From positions 30,732,299 through 30,796,298 of the forward strand of contig NC_134025.1 of the NCBI RefSeq assembly GCF_964204645.1: a DNA stretch of 64,000 nt. Reading direction: 5' to 3'. Position numbers and translations under genes: made by a program. The notes under the pieces are model-generated. The model searched no databases, was not told the origin of the DNA, and saw only the letters and a program-made list of their open reading frames with translations. Below are positions 39,501 through 52,354 of this stretch, in pieces (within the stretch, counting starts at the first letter, position 1; each line of letters begins with the position of its first letter). The DNA is from Tubulanus polymorphus. Lineage: Eukaryota; Animalia; Nemertea.

Positions 39501-42500
39501 AGATGATTCTACAAATCGACCGAGTGATAACATACAATCAGCAATAAACAGAGCTATCGCAGGTCAGACATCAGTATTTATATTATCGATAGCAATTTGG
39601 CACGGATCCAGGGGCTTTTTGTTTGCCTTTTACAAGACCCTAATGAGTCGGCCTTTTCTAAATGATTTCTTTACTTTTTGCTGCCTTATTTCATCGAATC
39701 TTAAAAACATCTCTTGCGTAATTGGTACAGGATAAGGAAAGATTTTCTACTTGAAAATGCTGCTAAATGAATCTCATCCTTCCACAAATGTTCAAATGCT
39801 CTGTATTGCTAATTCACCTCCAAATATGCCTTTTCAATTATCAGTAATACCCTTAAATGTGTCACAAGACCTCCAACAGGAGCCCTTGATAACCCTCTGA
39901 CTTATGAAAATGATGTTATCTTAAATGTTTGTTTTTTATGTTATTATCAATGACAGGTGCGTTTATGAGTACTGGTGAACCAGCTGTAGCTAGTAATATT
40001 GTCAATGTGACGCATCGTATTCAAAGATGGGATTTCAGAGGCTGTGATATTCCGGATATTTCTATATGTGAGTATTTGATGCAGTCTATAGACAACTCTG
40101 TTCAAGATGGAAAATGTTTAGGAAGAAACTTCCAATTATATGTACTTCCAATTTGATGAAATATTTACGGTCTCACACTACTGAGTAAGGTGGAGTTAAG
40201 TGCAGTTAATTCAGGACCCGTAGTTCCATAGTTATACATTAAGTTTGACTCTACAGAGATAAAAACTTTATTACTAAGAACAGATTTTTCCCTAGAACCG
40301 TGTAAAAAATCTCATTGCAACAAATTTTAAGGATATCATATTTTTAATGTTTTACCATCAATCTATTGAGCAAAAGTAGAACTGATAATAATATAAATCT
40401 ACCTCAAAAAAGGCTACCTGCTAAATGTTAATTATCATGCGACACAGTTTGATTATAAATGATGGATTGTTTTGTTGTGTAAAGTTGAGATGTTCTATTT
40501 TTAGCCGATGTAAATGTAATCGTTCCTCATTGTAAGATACACAACGATGCTAGTTGTGAAATATCTCAAGACGGTCTCCTGTTGGCGACGTTCGTACCTA
40601 GTCATGGGGGATTCCCCGATTCATTCATACTCGCCGTGTATTCTCTGCAGTCTCATGAATTAGCCCGATGTCTTTACACGAAAAGTTTCGGTAAGATTTT
40701 ACCACAAACGCTTGTATATTATCTTATATAGCGCTAAATCCAGTGAAAGCTGCTCAGATCGCTCTACATTTTCGGTATTATAATTAATTTAATACTCTTA
40801 ACATGTATCAGTCATCTCTCCGTGGGGAGAAGTAACGTCCGAGTGGCTAACAAGCCCTCAGGAACCAGTTCCACAGTCATGAGTTAGAGTTAGCTCTGAG
40901 TTAAGATTAGTTCATTTTCGGAATCAAATCTTAACTCACAACTGTGGTACTGGGTCCAGGAGTCGACTATCAGGCCAGGTAATCATTTACTTCTTCGAGG
41001 GGAGACAAAACTTAAGTTCAAACTCATTCGTGTTCAGCCAAACTCACACTTTATCGATTTTCAAATAGACTTTTGTATCTTTCAGGACCGAATGCAATCT
41101 CAGTTGGAATTTCTCCTACTAATAATTACGTTCTGGTCGGTTTAGCCGCTAAACGGTTGTCGTGGGTTTTCTCTCCGAATCAAATGGTGGCGCAAATCTA
41201 TGAATTAGTCAGAGAAGAAGCTGGAGAATCTTCGATGCAGGTTTGTGACTTTGAAATACTGTATATTAATCATATCTGTGATTATCCGAGTAAAACTAGT
41301 CTGAATTGTCTGATATTTGGGGAGGTTTTATACTGTATTACTTAGATTTCATTAAGATACACTAAATTAATTCAGAACAAATATAATTTCACTATATCCA
41401 GTAATTATAATCAATACTAATAATGTCCCTCTTGATCCTCGGTATTGTGTTATGTATTCCTGTCAAACTTATCTTTACGAAATAAAACTTCTATTAATAT
41501 AAAGTAAATTCATAACAAAAACTGAATAAATAGAGCTGAAACTATTGGTTTTATTTGTAGCACGTGACTGATGTGAATCACCCGTGTCAAACTGACATGT
41601 TATCACACGTTAGTGTGAACACGGCTAAATGGATGACTGGAGCTGGTGAAGGCATTATATATGGAACAAACAAAGGAGATTTACACATCTGTTCACCTGG
41701 GTAGGCGTTACAATTTATTACATATAATACAGTTATTACAGTTGTCAATATGTAAACATGGTTTTATTTGCATAATTGATTTTGTTGAATACATGCATTA
41801 AGGTGCCTGACACTGTTAGGAAATATAACTACAATCGATGTAGCAATAGATTGTGCGAGGAATTAGAAAAAGCCAACACAGGTTTCAACTAATCTCCTCA
41901 TAATTCTTAATTCTGTTTCAAAATTTGATTAGAAGTTATTACATTTTTTTTCTCTAGCTTACCTGTAATACAATTCATTACAAATATTTTGATTTGATGC
42001 AAATATTAAAATCTGATACAATTCGATACAAATGTTAAAATCTGATACAATTCGATACAAATGTTAAAATCTGATACAATTCGATACAAATGTTAAAATC
42101 TGATACAATTCGATACAAATGTTAAAATCTGATACAATTCGCTACAAATGTTAAAATCTGATACAATTCGATACAAATGTTAAAATCTGATACAATTCGC
42201 TACAAATGTTTTAACTTAATACAATTATGAATATCGTATTTCGATAACTATTTGTTTACAAGTTGTAGTTGATACTGTAATTATAGGACTAAAGGACCAC
42301 AGGTGAAGAAAGGAGAAGATGAAGATGATTTATTGAATATGAGACCTTCTAGTGAAATGTCTTTGAGACGCAATTTGATGGAAATGTTAGGAATTCCGTT
42401 GATGAGAACAGCTGGAACTTCAACCGAACCTGAACCTGAACGGACTCGACATCGTACCGCTAGTACTCAAACTCCATCCAACATGTATTACCACCTATAG
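33581..42500 (+). CDS. AMBRA1: AMBRA1 (split WD40 propeller, large disordered insert)
   Basis: N-terminal GRELG; [44 protein letters not shown]; large exon ~36341-39021; [42 protein letters not shown]; C-terminal STQT. Confidence 0.95.
37638..38117 (+). repeat. Coding 30-bp repeat, 16 x [10 protein letters not shown], within AMBRA1
   Basis: cagccaatcgctggtccttctaattcgagt x16, in frame within ORF 36318-39071. Confidence 0.97.
42000..42210. repeat. 29-bp tandem repeat x ~7 in an AMBRA1 intron
   Basis: Unit aaatgttaaaatctgatacaattcgatac. Confidence 0.95.
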
Positions 42501-42522
42501 ATATACCTGATATACCAGTGAA

Positions 42523-42771
42523 CAGGGGCGGAATTGTGACTATTTCATCATAGATAAAATGACACTTTTCAAGTATATCAACCCCCTTAATCACGAGCCA
42601 TTTTCAACCCTATTTGATGTTTGTTTTTTCGTATGAAATCAAACCACAACATAATGGTTATGCTGCTAGATGATATAGATGGAATGAAGATTGATATCAA
42701 AAATTTGCCTTTCTAAAAGGAGGGCATTTCAGATGTTTTGAGTGTCAAGAGGTTCACTGGATCCACCCCTG
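42523..42771. mobile_element. Short TIR element (caggggcgga...tccacccctg) just after the AMBRA1 stop
   Basis: Imperfect ~10-bp terminal inverted repeats. A similar gggtggatccag end lies at ~33150. Confidence 0.5.
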
Positions 42772-44475
42772 TATGGTATATTATATATGTGTATTGATTG
42801 CATTGGGAATTGAAGGTTCTGCATTTGGGGAGTAAAAATATGTATTTCTTGAAATTGTGTACTTCGGGGGTTAAAAAATCATAAAAAAAAGAGGCTGCAT
42901 TTGCTCGAAAATTGATGATTAAGAGTTAACTATTGGTTAGACAGATAACATTCCGGTAGGTAACATTGTTACTACCGCTGGTTAACTCGATCCAACTTTT
43001 GAGCGACTGACTGCAGCACGATGAGGTTGGTTGAAATATACGCATTTTATAATGACCACTGAGATTGCGTTGTATATATTTATCAGATGGGCATTCAATG
43101 ACTCTTGCTCCTTATTGTACCATGATTATTAGCTAAGGTTTAAAACAGTTGAAATAATTGTATTCTAAAATGTTCACCAGTGATTGTATTTTTAACTCAG
43201 ATGCCTGGGCTTTCATTTAGATATTTATCTCTCTTCTTTCAGCTGTACAAATTTTGCAATGTATAATTTCTTATCGGTCAGCTATTTGTATATTGTTATT
43301 ATCATTATTAGATTTGAATGCGGTTTCCCTATTGAAAAACATGTAATGACTAATAATTATTTGAAATCATGTGTAACATCATTGAATCTAATGAATTAAC
43401 GACTATAAGTGTTCATGATTGTTTGTGTCGAATTGAAAAAGAATTTAAAGCTGTAACTTGTTAATGCTTCGAAAAATAAATCATTATCTGAAATTAATAT
43501 TGACTTAGCGTCTTTTTTTGTGACAGGTTGATAAACCAACCAATCATAGTCAATTTTCATTAAAACTGGTCGACTTGATTCTGATTCAGAGTTGTTTGGA
43601 ATATGGAAAATCCAAAACAGGCGTGTCCTAGGTTCGAACCCAATATTTCATTCTGATCCCGGATGATATCCTCCGGGTTGATGATGGCAGCATTGGGCCA
43701 CACCCACCTATCTCAACAGCAAACAGTTGTAGAGGCTGTCGTAGGGTACAAAATGAGGCATTCAGATGAATAACCACGAGTCATTTAGAGCATTATCGTC
43801 ATCAAATGTAATTTATTTTCAAAACAAAAATTTGGCATCATTACTTCTAGTAGCTTAATAGAATCAAAATAAAAATTCAAAAAAAAAATCAATTTTAATA
43901 CAGTTTGTCAGTTTGAACAGGAGGTGGTTTCAATGACAATTTTCACCAGCTACCGACAGCAGTTTCTATTCGAGCACATTTAGGACTAGTACATATATAT
44001 TACAAGTTTACAGGATATGTATAAATCAGATAAAGTATAATATTGTATATATTCATTGTCAATGATCCCAGCACACAAGTCAGTTTTCCCAGCACATTTT
44101 GAACCCAGACACCACATTATTATATTTGTTCATAGGAAGCTCTCCCTAAATATCTGTAGTTAAGTTTAATACTGTAATCAATCATTTAAAACACCGTGGC
44201 CTTTAATTCATCCATCTAGCAATCTGCAGCCTGGAACCGCTATAGTAGTCAGTTTTTGAATAATATCTTGGGCCAGTTACATAGTCAAGGCAGCAGTCTA
44301 AGACCAACTTGGTTCTATAACCAATCTAACAACTTAAGACCAGTCTTAAGATTTAAGACCACTTTTGGACTTAAATCACGACTGTGCAACTGGGCCCAGG
44401 TGTTTGGAATTCATGGATGATAACAAATTGGAAGAATGGGAGCAGACCGCAGATTGATACATGATTGGCAGTGGT

Positions 44476-47400
44476 TTAGTTAGCGAAGATGTCGCCCATT
44501 GGAATCCAGATATTTTTCACCTGAATTGAATGATAGAGGAATTCCTCCCCCTGACCTTGAACGCCGTTCGTCCAATCTCTCGTTTTACCGTAATTCACGA
44601 ATGTTCGTTTCAAATTCTCGGCCGAAACGAATTCGACAAATTTAGAACCTTCGGCCGAACCGAAATACCACATAGCGTCGACATCCTGGTGCTCGGTGAG
44701 GTATTTAGAAACATGATCTCGATCACCGGTTAGAATGTTTATAACTCCACCGGGAACATCGGATGTCTCAAACACCTGAAATATTAGACATCAAGAGGAG
44801 AAATAAATATACACTTATTGTTTATATGACAACTTTCAGTTTGTTTCAATACAAATTCTTTATTCATATGCATCTATCTGCAGCCCTTAACCATTCTCCA
44901 CATATGAACGATCAGTTTTTTAAAGTGAGCTGATAAAATGTCTGAATGTCTGGTGTTTGTACTTCATTTTCAATTAAAAATGTCTCAGATGAAGTTCTGA
45001 ACACATGTGAGGTGTGGACGATCAGTTATTGAAAGTGTGCTGATAAAATGTCTCACTGAATGTCTGGTGTTTGAAGTTCATTTTCAATTAAACATGTGTC
45101 ACAAAATGGAAGAGATGTGATAACGAATTGAACGTGTGAGGGAAAGGTCCATGGCTGTAGATCGATACACTGATTAACAAAGATATATTGACGAGATTGA
45201 AGGTCATACCTGATATAGGTCAAGGGCAGATAGAGGATGTTTCTGACTAGGAACGATGACGACGACATTTCCACGTATAATTGCAGGTGCTAACAGAGAC
45301 ACGAATCCTAGCAGAGGAAATTCATCAGGACACGCGATACCAATTACACCTACTGGTTCATGAATCTTTGCTGTTACACCATAAAGTGTAGTTTCCTGTT
45401 AAACATATTGTATTCATTGTTAACTCATTAATTTTCAATCTTAGTGGGTTAATTCTCCACCCCTTACTCAGTAGCATGTTGGGAATCAGGGAAATAGAAA
45501 GTTTACTGTACTCCCTCAAGACAGGTTAACTGCAAGTCGTTGCTGCTCCATCCCCCAAAACATTCCTGAATACTTCATCAATTTATCGCGTTATTAGATG
45601 AAATACCTGAATAGTTCCGCCGTATTTATCGGCGTACGCTCCGTAGTAAAACAACCGTCGAACAGCGAGATCGACCTCTTCCAAACAGCTCTCCAAACTC
45701 CGACCGGTCATTCTCTCCAACTGACGCGCGAATTCATCCCTTCGTACTTCTATATTCTCAGCTAAATAGTAAACAATTTGAGCTCGATTGTGGGCGGCGC
45801 GTTTTCCCCATCTACAAAATAATCAATTCAGCATTTTCCCATGAATAACAGCGACAGTCGTGAGTTTTAGGAGAAAACAATTTAGAAGTTGTGACCGAAC
45901 TGACCCGGATGATGCTTTATGCGCTGCTTCTACTGCGTTTCTCACATCCTTCCTATTACTGTCAGGAACATGACTGAGCACTTTACCATCGGAACCTTTT
46001 ATCTCTCTAACGTATTGTCCGTCCGGACGTTTCTGAGCTCCTCCATAATACAGTTTATACGTTCTATCAATGCTACAATGAATACATTTGTACAATAAAA
46101 TCACTACCTTCAATCCTAGGGATAACAGCCAGGACCCACCAGTTTTACAGTTGTGAGTCAATTAACCAGTTGTAATTCTTTTATACCTGGGACCAGTTTC
46201 ACTAAAAAGGGTTTAACTCTCAAATTGATCTAATTTCTTCATCTTAAAATCGTAGACTTTTATTTAACCCATCTGTACATTTAGTTTATTTGATATCTTA
46301 TATCATACCTGATGAGGCTGAATTGACTCAGCGATTGTGTTGGATTACATCATTTTTCACAATGAATTTTGTAAATTCTATTTTGGTTTTATCTTAAAAT
46401 TATCAAAGAGTTTTCGTTTGTCAGAGGAACCAGGCTTTTAATAAATTCGACATTCAAATTTTACCTGGGTATAGCAGCTCCAGAACTGTTTATTTGAGGT
46501 AATAATGCATCAGGAGTTGGTCGTCCACTGGTTGATACAGCACCAAACGTTTTCATATTCACTTCACCTACGTTCGGTTTAGCTATTTCATCCCAGGCTG
46601 GCATCACATATTCAAATAAACCCTTTCAAACAAATCAAGATATAGAGAAAGCAGTAGAGACTGAATTAGACTAATAGAACATTCATAAACTGGTAGTAAA
46701 AGAAAAACTGCCAAAAGAACAAGTAACAGATCTAACATTTCAGGTAGAATACTTCCAATCATCTTCAGAGTAAGAATTAATCAATTACATAATTTTAAAT
46801 TCAAATAAATACTCCTCAGGGACAGTTGCACAGTCATGAGTGATTTAACTAATCTAACACCAGTCTAATAATGATTTAAGATCACTTTTGGATTCAAGTC
46901 ATGACAGTTTAACAGGCTCCTGAGGATCGGTATTCTGCCTGAAATGCAGCTCTTTGCTGCACTGAAAGCAGTAGAATTGATTGAATACCTCTTTGCCCCC
47001 ATCTCTTCCGAATCCACTTTGTTTATATCCACCGAATCCTGCAGCTGCATCAAACATATTATGACAGTTAATCCATACAGCTCCTGCTTTAATCAGATTA
47101 GCGACTTCTAATCCTAGACTAATCTTCTCCGTCCAAACGCTTCCTCCTAATCCGTATAGCGTATTATTCGCGATGTTTACGGCTTCTTTCGCCGTACGGA
47201 AAGTCAGTAACACGGCAACCGGGCCAAATATCTGTTACAAAATATATTAACACAAAATGTATAATCTTTACATTTGCTTTGATGAGAAATGATTTAGGGC
47301 CCTATTTTTCGCGAATGACGTCGGAACCAAAAATACCTGTAGTAAAAAAAAATGTTTTCAAAAATTTGATGATTTGTAAAAAATATCACTTTTGTAGTAT

Positions 47401-50400
47401 AGAATTTTGTGCAGTTTCCAATTCTGAATCCACCCCTGATTTTAATATTCATTTTGATGAGAATCATTTAGGAATGTGTAAGATTATTTCTACCTCTTCC
47501 ATCACAACTCTAGACGATGTTTGTACTTTAGTTATAAGTGTTGGGGGATAGTAACATCCTGTTGTCGGTTTAGTCGAATTCACTTGGAAAACCTTTAAAA
47601 CAATATGAACATTATGAGTTTCATGAATTAGGAGTCATTTACACAGTCATCGAAATCAAAAAGATCACATTTCACTCAGGGGTTTTACATGAACTAGGAC
47701 AAATATCTTTGACTCTATAGTAGAGTTAAAATTAGTTTAATTCCAAATATTAGAGTCAGATTTGAACTCACAACTGTGGAACTAGTTCAGTTCCACAGTC
47801 GGGGAAGTCAATTGATATAAAATGTAACGATTTTGACTCAAAAGTCTCAGATATGACTCATAGGTTTATCCGCAATGATTACCTCAGCACCTTCAGACCG
47901 AGCACTTTCGACAAACTGTTCGACTGATTTACGCTGCGATTCATCAACTACTGCTCCCATATCTATAGATTTATCTAAATTATGCCCGAGTCTCAAGTGA
48001 GTCATTCTCTCTTTCAGTTTATTGATGAAAACATCTGCGATTGATTCTTGTACGATCAGTTTCGATCCAGCGCTGCAGACCTGACGATAACAACAAAACA
48101 ACTCTGTGTCATTTTCTATAAGGACGAAATATTAACGCTTTGACTGCGAAACCGAACAATGACTACCGCAATAGTGTCGTCACTGAAGTCATCTTTAGTC
48201 TCAATTTGTATTTCCAATTCAATTCACTAAGCGTAAGACTTATGCAGCAAGTTTAACTGTATTTCAAAGCATCAGGGACCAGTCGCACAGTCGTGATATA
48301 AGCCCCAAATAGTCTTAAATTGTTAGATTTGCTATTAATAGAACTAAGATGAGTTTATACTGCTCTTAAATCTAAGCCATGACTGCGCAACTGGCCAGCA
48401 AAGCCTCGGTCTGCACCAAAACTACTGCAATATCGCAATATCGCAATATGTAAGTCTAGAGATGATTGTTCAGTATCTTATTTCGATGTTGATGTTTGTA
48501 AGGAATAATAATAACCTGTCCTTGATTAAAATATATCGCATCAATCACTCCTTCGATCGCGGAATCCAAATCAGCACTTTCAAACACGATGAACGGGGAT
48601 TTACCGCCTAATTCTAGCGATATCTTCTTACCGGTTCCTGCCGTTAGCTGTCGAAGGGTTTTTCCAATCTACAAGAGAGAGATTTATTATTCATCATTTT
48701 CATCGGCAAAGAAGATTTGTAGTAAGAAGACGATGAGTCATGTTTGAGAAGAGATAAATAACTAATTATAACTGCGTCATGTGGCACTACCTCAGGCTCA
48801 GGTACTACCTCAGCTACTATCTCAGGCTCAGGTACTATCTCAGGCTCAGGTACTACCTCAGGCTCAGGTACTACCTCAGGCTCAGGTACTAACTCAGCTA
48901 CTACCTCAGGCTCAGGTACTACCTCAGCTACTACCTCAGGCTCAGGTACTACCTCAGCTACTATCTCAGGCTCAGGTACTACCTCAGGCTCAGGTACTAC
49001 CTCAGCTACTACCTCAGGCTCAGGTACTACCTCAGCTACTATCTCAGGCTCAGGTACTACCTCAGGCTCAGGTACTACCTCAGCTACTACCTCAGGCTCA
49101 GGTACTACCTCAGCTACTATCTCAGGCTCAGCTACTACCTCAGGCTCAGGTACTACCTCAGCTACTACCTCAGGCTCAGGTACTACCTCAGCTACTATCT
49201 CAGGCTCAGGTACTACCTCAGGCTCAGGTACTAACTCAGCTACTATCTCAGGCTCAGGTACTACCTCAGCTACTACCTCAGGCTCAGGTACTACCTCAGG
49301 TACTACCTCAGGCTCAGGTACTACCTCAGGTACTACCTCAGCGTCTGCCTGAGCTGCCCTAATTGTATGCAACTATCTTCTTTTCTATATACATGGATCG
49401 AGATGATTTAAAGTATGGCGTAAAACTTCCGTTTGTAAATAAACATTTTCCGAAGTGTGTTTATATATTATATATATGATATATTTTATGTGGTATAAGT
49501 AAATGTTATTAATACTATTATTATCTTCATAATAACTATTATTACCTCAGTGGAACCGGTGAAAGCTATTTTATCTACCGACTCATGAGACGCGAGCATG
49601 CTACCGAATTGACTCTTGCCGGTGATAACGTTGAATACACCGGGAGGTAGACCGGCTTCAGAGCAGATTTCAGCTAGTAATAACGCTGATAGACGTGTGT
49701 AAGTAGCCGGTTTTAAAACTACTGTATTTCCCATCGCTAGAGCTGGAGCAATCTTCCACGTTAATAACATCAGAGGAAAATTCCACGGTACAATTCCACC
49801 AATTACACCTAAACATATCATATATATATATACACCGGTTAATATATGACAAATATACAGATAGATTACAGTTCCACAGTTCTGGAGCCAGTAACACAGT
49901 TCTGAACCCAGTTCCACAGTTCTGGAGCCAGTTCCACAGTTCTGGAGCCAGTAACACAGTTAAGCAGCCAGTTCCACAGTTCAGCAGCCAGTAACAGAGT
50001 TCTGAACCCAGTTCCACAGTTCTGAAGCCAGTTCCACAGTACTGAAGCCAGTTCCACAGTTCTGAAGCCAGTTCCACAGTTCTGAAGCCAGTTCCACAGT
50101 TCTGAAGCCAGTTCCACAGTTCTGAACCCAGTTCAACAGTTCTGAAGCCAGTTCCACAGTTCTGAAGCCAGTTCCACAGTTCTGGAGCCAGTTCCACAGT
50201 TCTAGAGACACTTCCACAGTTCTGGAGACATTCAACAGTTCTGGAGCCAGTTCCACAGTTCTGAACTCAGCTTTGCAGTTCTGAACATTTCTGGAGTTTT
50301 AAATGCAACCAATGGGTTCAAGTCTAACTCCCAAGCCAAAGTTAACTCAGGGTAACAGTTCACTTCTAGAGTTCAAATGCATCCAATGTTCATAGAGAAA

Positions 50401-52279
50401 AAGTTGAACTCCAAACTGTTGGATCTGGGTGCAGATCTATACTAATGGGAGCTCTTGGGGTTAATATTTGATTCTACAATCAAGATACTTGTAATGAATG
50501 ACGTAAATGAGATAATTCCAATTCCCAAAGCCGTAGAAACGGATCCAGGGATCGCATATTTACCAACATGTTTCCATCCTCTCATTTCAGTATCCATCAA
50601 TTCAGCCCATCCTGCATGATGATAAAAATGTCGTACTATCAGCGGAATATCACAGTCTCTCGTTTCACGTATAGATTTACCATTGTCTAAACTTTCTACG
50701 ACTGATATCAAACGCTGGTGTTTCTGAATGTGACGAGCCACGCTGAAATATGAATACATCATGAGATGTTGAATGAATAGAATCTGCGGATCAAGTTTCA
50801 CAAACAATAATGGAGAAAATCAATCACTTTAATCGTGAATTCTCAAACATTTTCAAATTTTTTTCTATCTCTGCTCATCTCAAACTTTAACATCTAATAC
50901 CTCTATCCACGTGTAAACTGCTTCAGCAGATTATCGCGACATAATTATAACTTTATTTCTATTCTAAACTCTAAAAGATAGTTCGATAGTCTTCAGGGAG
51001 GATGGTTGGATAGGGATTGATGTAAGTTGATATTGTTTAAGACTGTGTTACTTATTTATATACTTTGTAACGATATAACAAGCTTTTTATTAGTACTGAA
51101 TGTATATAAACTAGTTTTACACTGTCTGGGGTTTACTGAGCCACTCAGGGAGAGGAGAGAGGGGGTGAGGGGATGAGGGGGCTGCTGCTATCTCTACTTG
51201 TTTTGTAACTTATAAATGGAATCATGATTCAAACAGTAGCTTGCAAGAGAAAGATAAGAAAACTGACAACACATGTTTGAAACACAGATTATTATACCTG
51301 CTTCAGACAGGTGAATATATCTATACACCCCGTATACCAGTCTACAAGGCTACAGTATACAACACCAGTCTAAGCTCATTTTGGTTCTATGGCCGATCTA
51401 ACAACTTAAGACCAGTCTAAGCTCATTTTGGTTCTATGGCCAATCTAACAACTTAAGACCAGTCTAAGTTCATTTTGGTTCTATAATCTATCTAACAACT
51501 TAAGACCAGTCTAAGCTCATTTTGGTTCTATGGCCAATCTAACAACTTAAGACCAGTCTAAGTTCATTTTGGTTCTATAACCAATCTAACAACTTAAGAC
51601 CAGTCTAAGTTCATTTTGGTTCTATAACCAATCTAACAACTTAGACAGATCTTAATATTTAACACCATTTCTGCAGTTGGATCCGGATAATTCAGAGGAA
51701 CATTTCGGCAAACATTAATCTAAAATCATTTACCAGCTCAATAGTAACTAGCTCAAGATGCCACATTTCTATTCCCATAAGACATCAATGAGTACTGTGG
51801 GAAATTGATAAGTGAGACAGAGAGAGAGAGAGAGTTATCTGATGAGAGCTGATGAGAATTCATTGACATTATTCTCAGACTCTAACTCTTATCCCAGTTC
51901 CATTACTGCTCATACCAACAACCGTTAATGCGCAATTTTTACCCGATGAATAAATTATAATTTTTTCTTTATAACAAAGCAGAAATCTGCGATAATGAGA
52001 TGATAAATTGATATCAATTAATCATTGTTACAATTACTCTGTCGATATTCAGAGATGCAGTCACTGGCGAGTGAGTGAAAAGCACTAAAGCAACAATAGA
52101 TGAATATTCAAATTGATGCCTGATGCATCGCGCTAAATATCAATGTTTAGATAATTCATATTGATAAGAAATCAATCTAACTGCGAGGGACAGTAACACA
52201 GTCATAAACCTTCAAAGCAAAATGACAAATCTGAGAAATTGATAGCGAGTAATGGAGCGCGCAGTGACTAATACACAGG

Positions 52280-52354
<75 letters not shown>

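Noticed and set aside
48786-49341. let-7 precursor on the minus strand
   Set aside because: Only the first 10-11 nt match; there is no 3' half of let-7 and no pre-miRNA hairpin.
49670-50256. [10 protein letters not shown] repeat ORFs
   Set aside because: Translation of a 20-bp intronic minisatellite; the unit length is not a multiple of 3.
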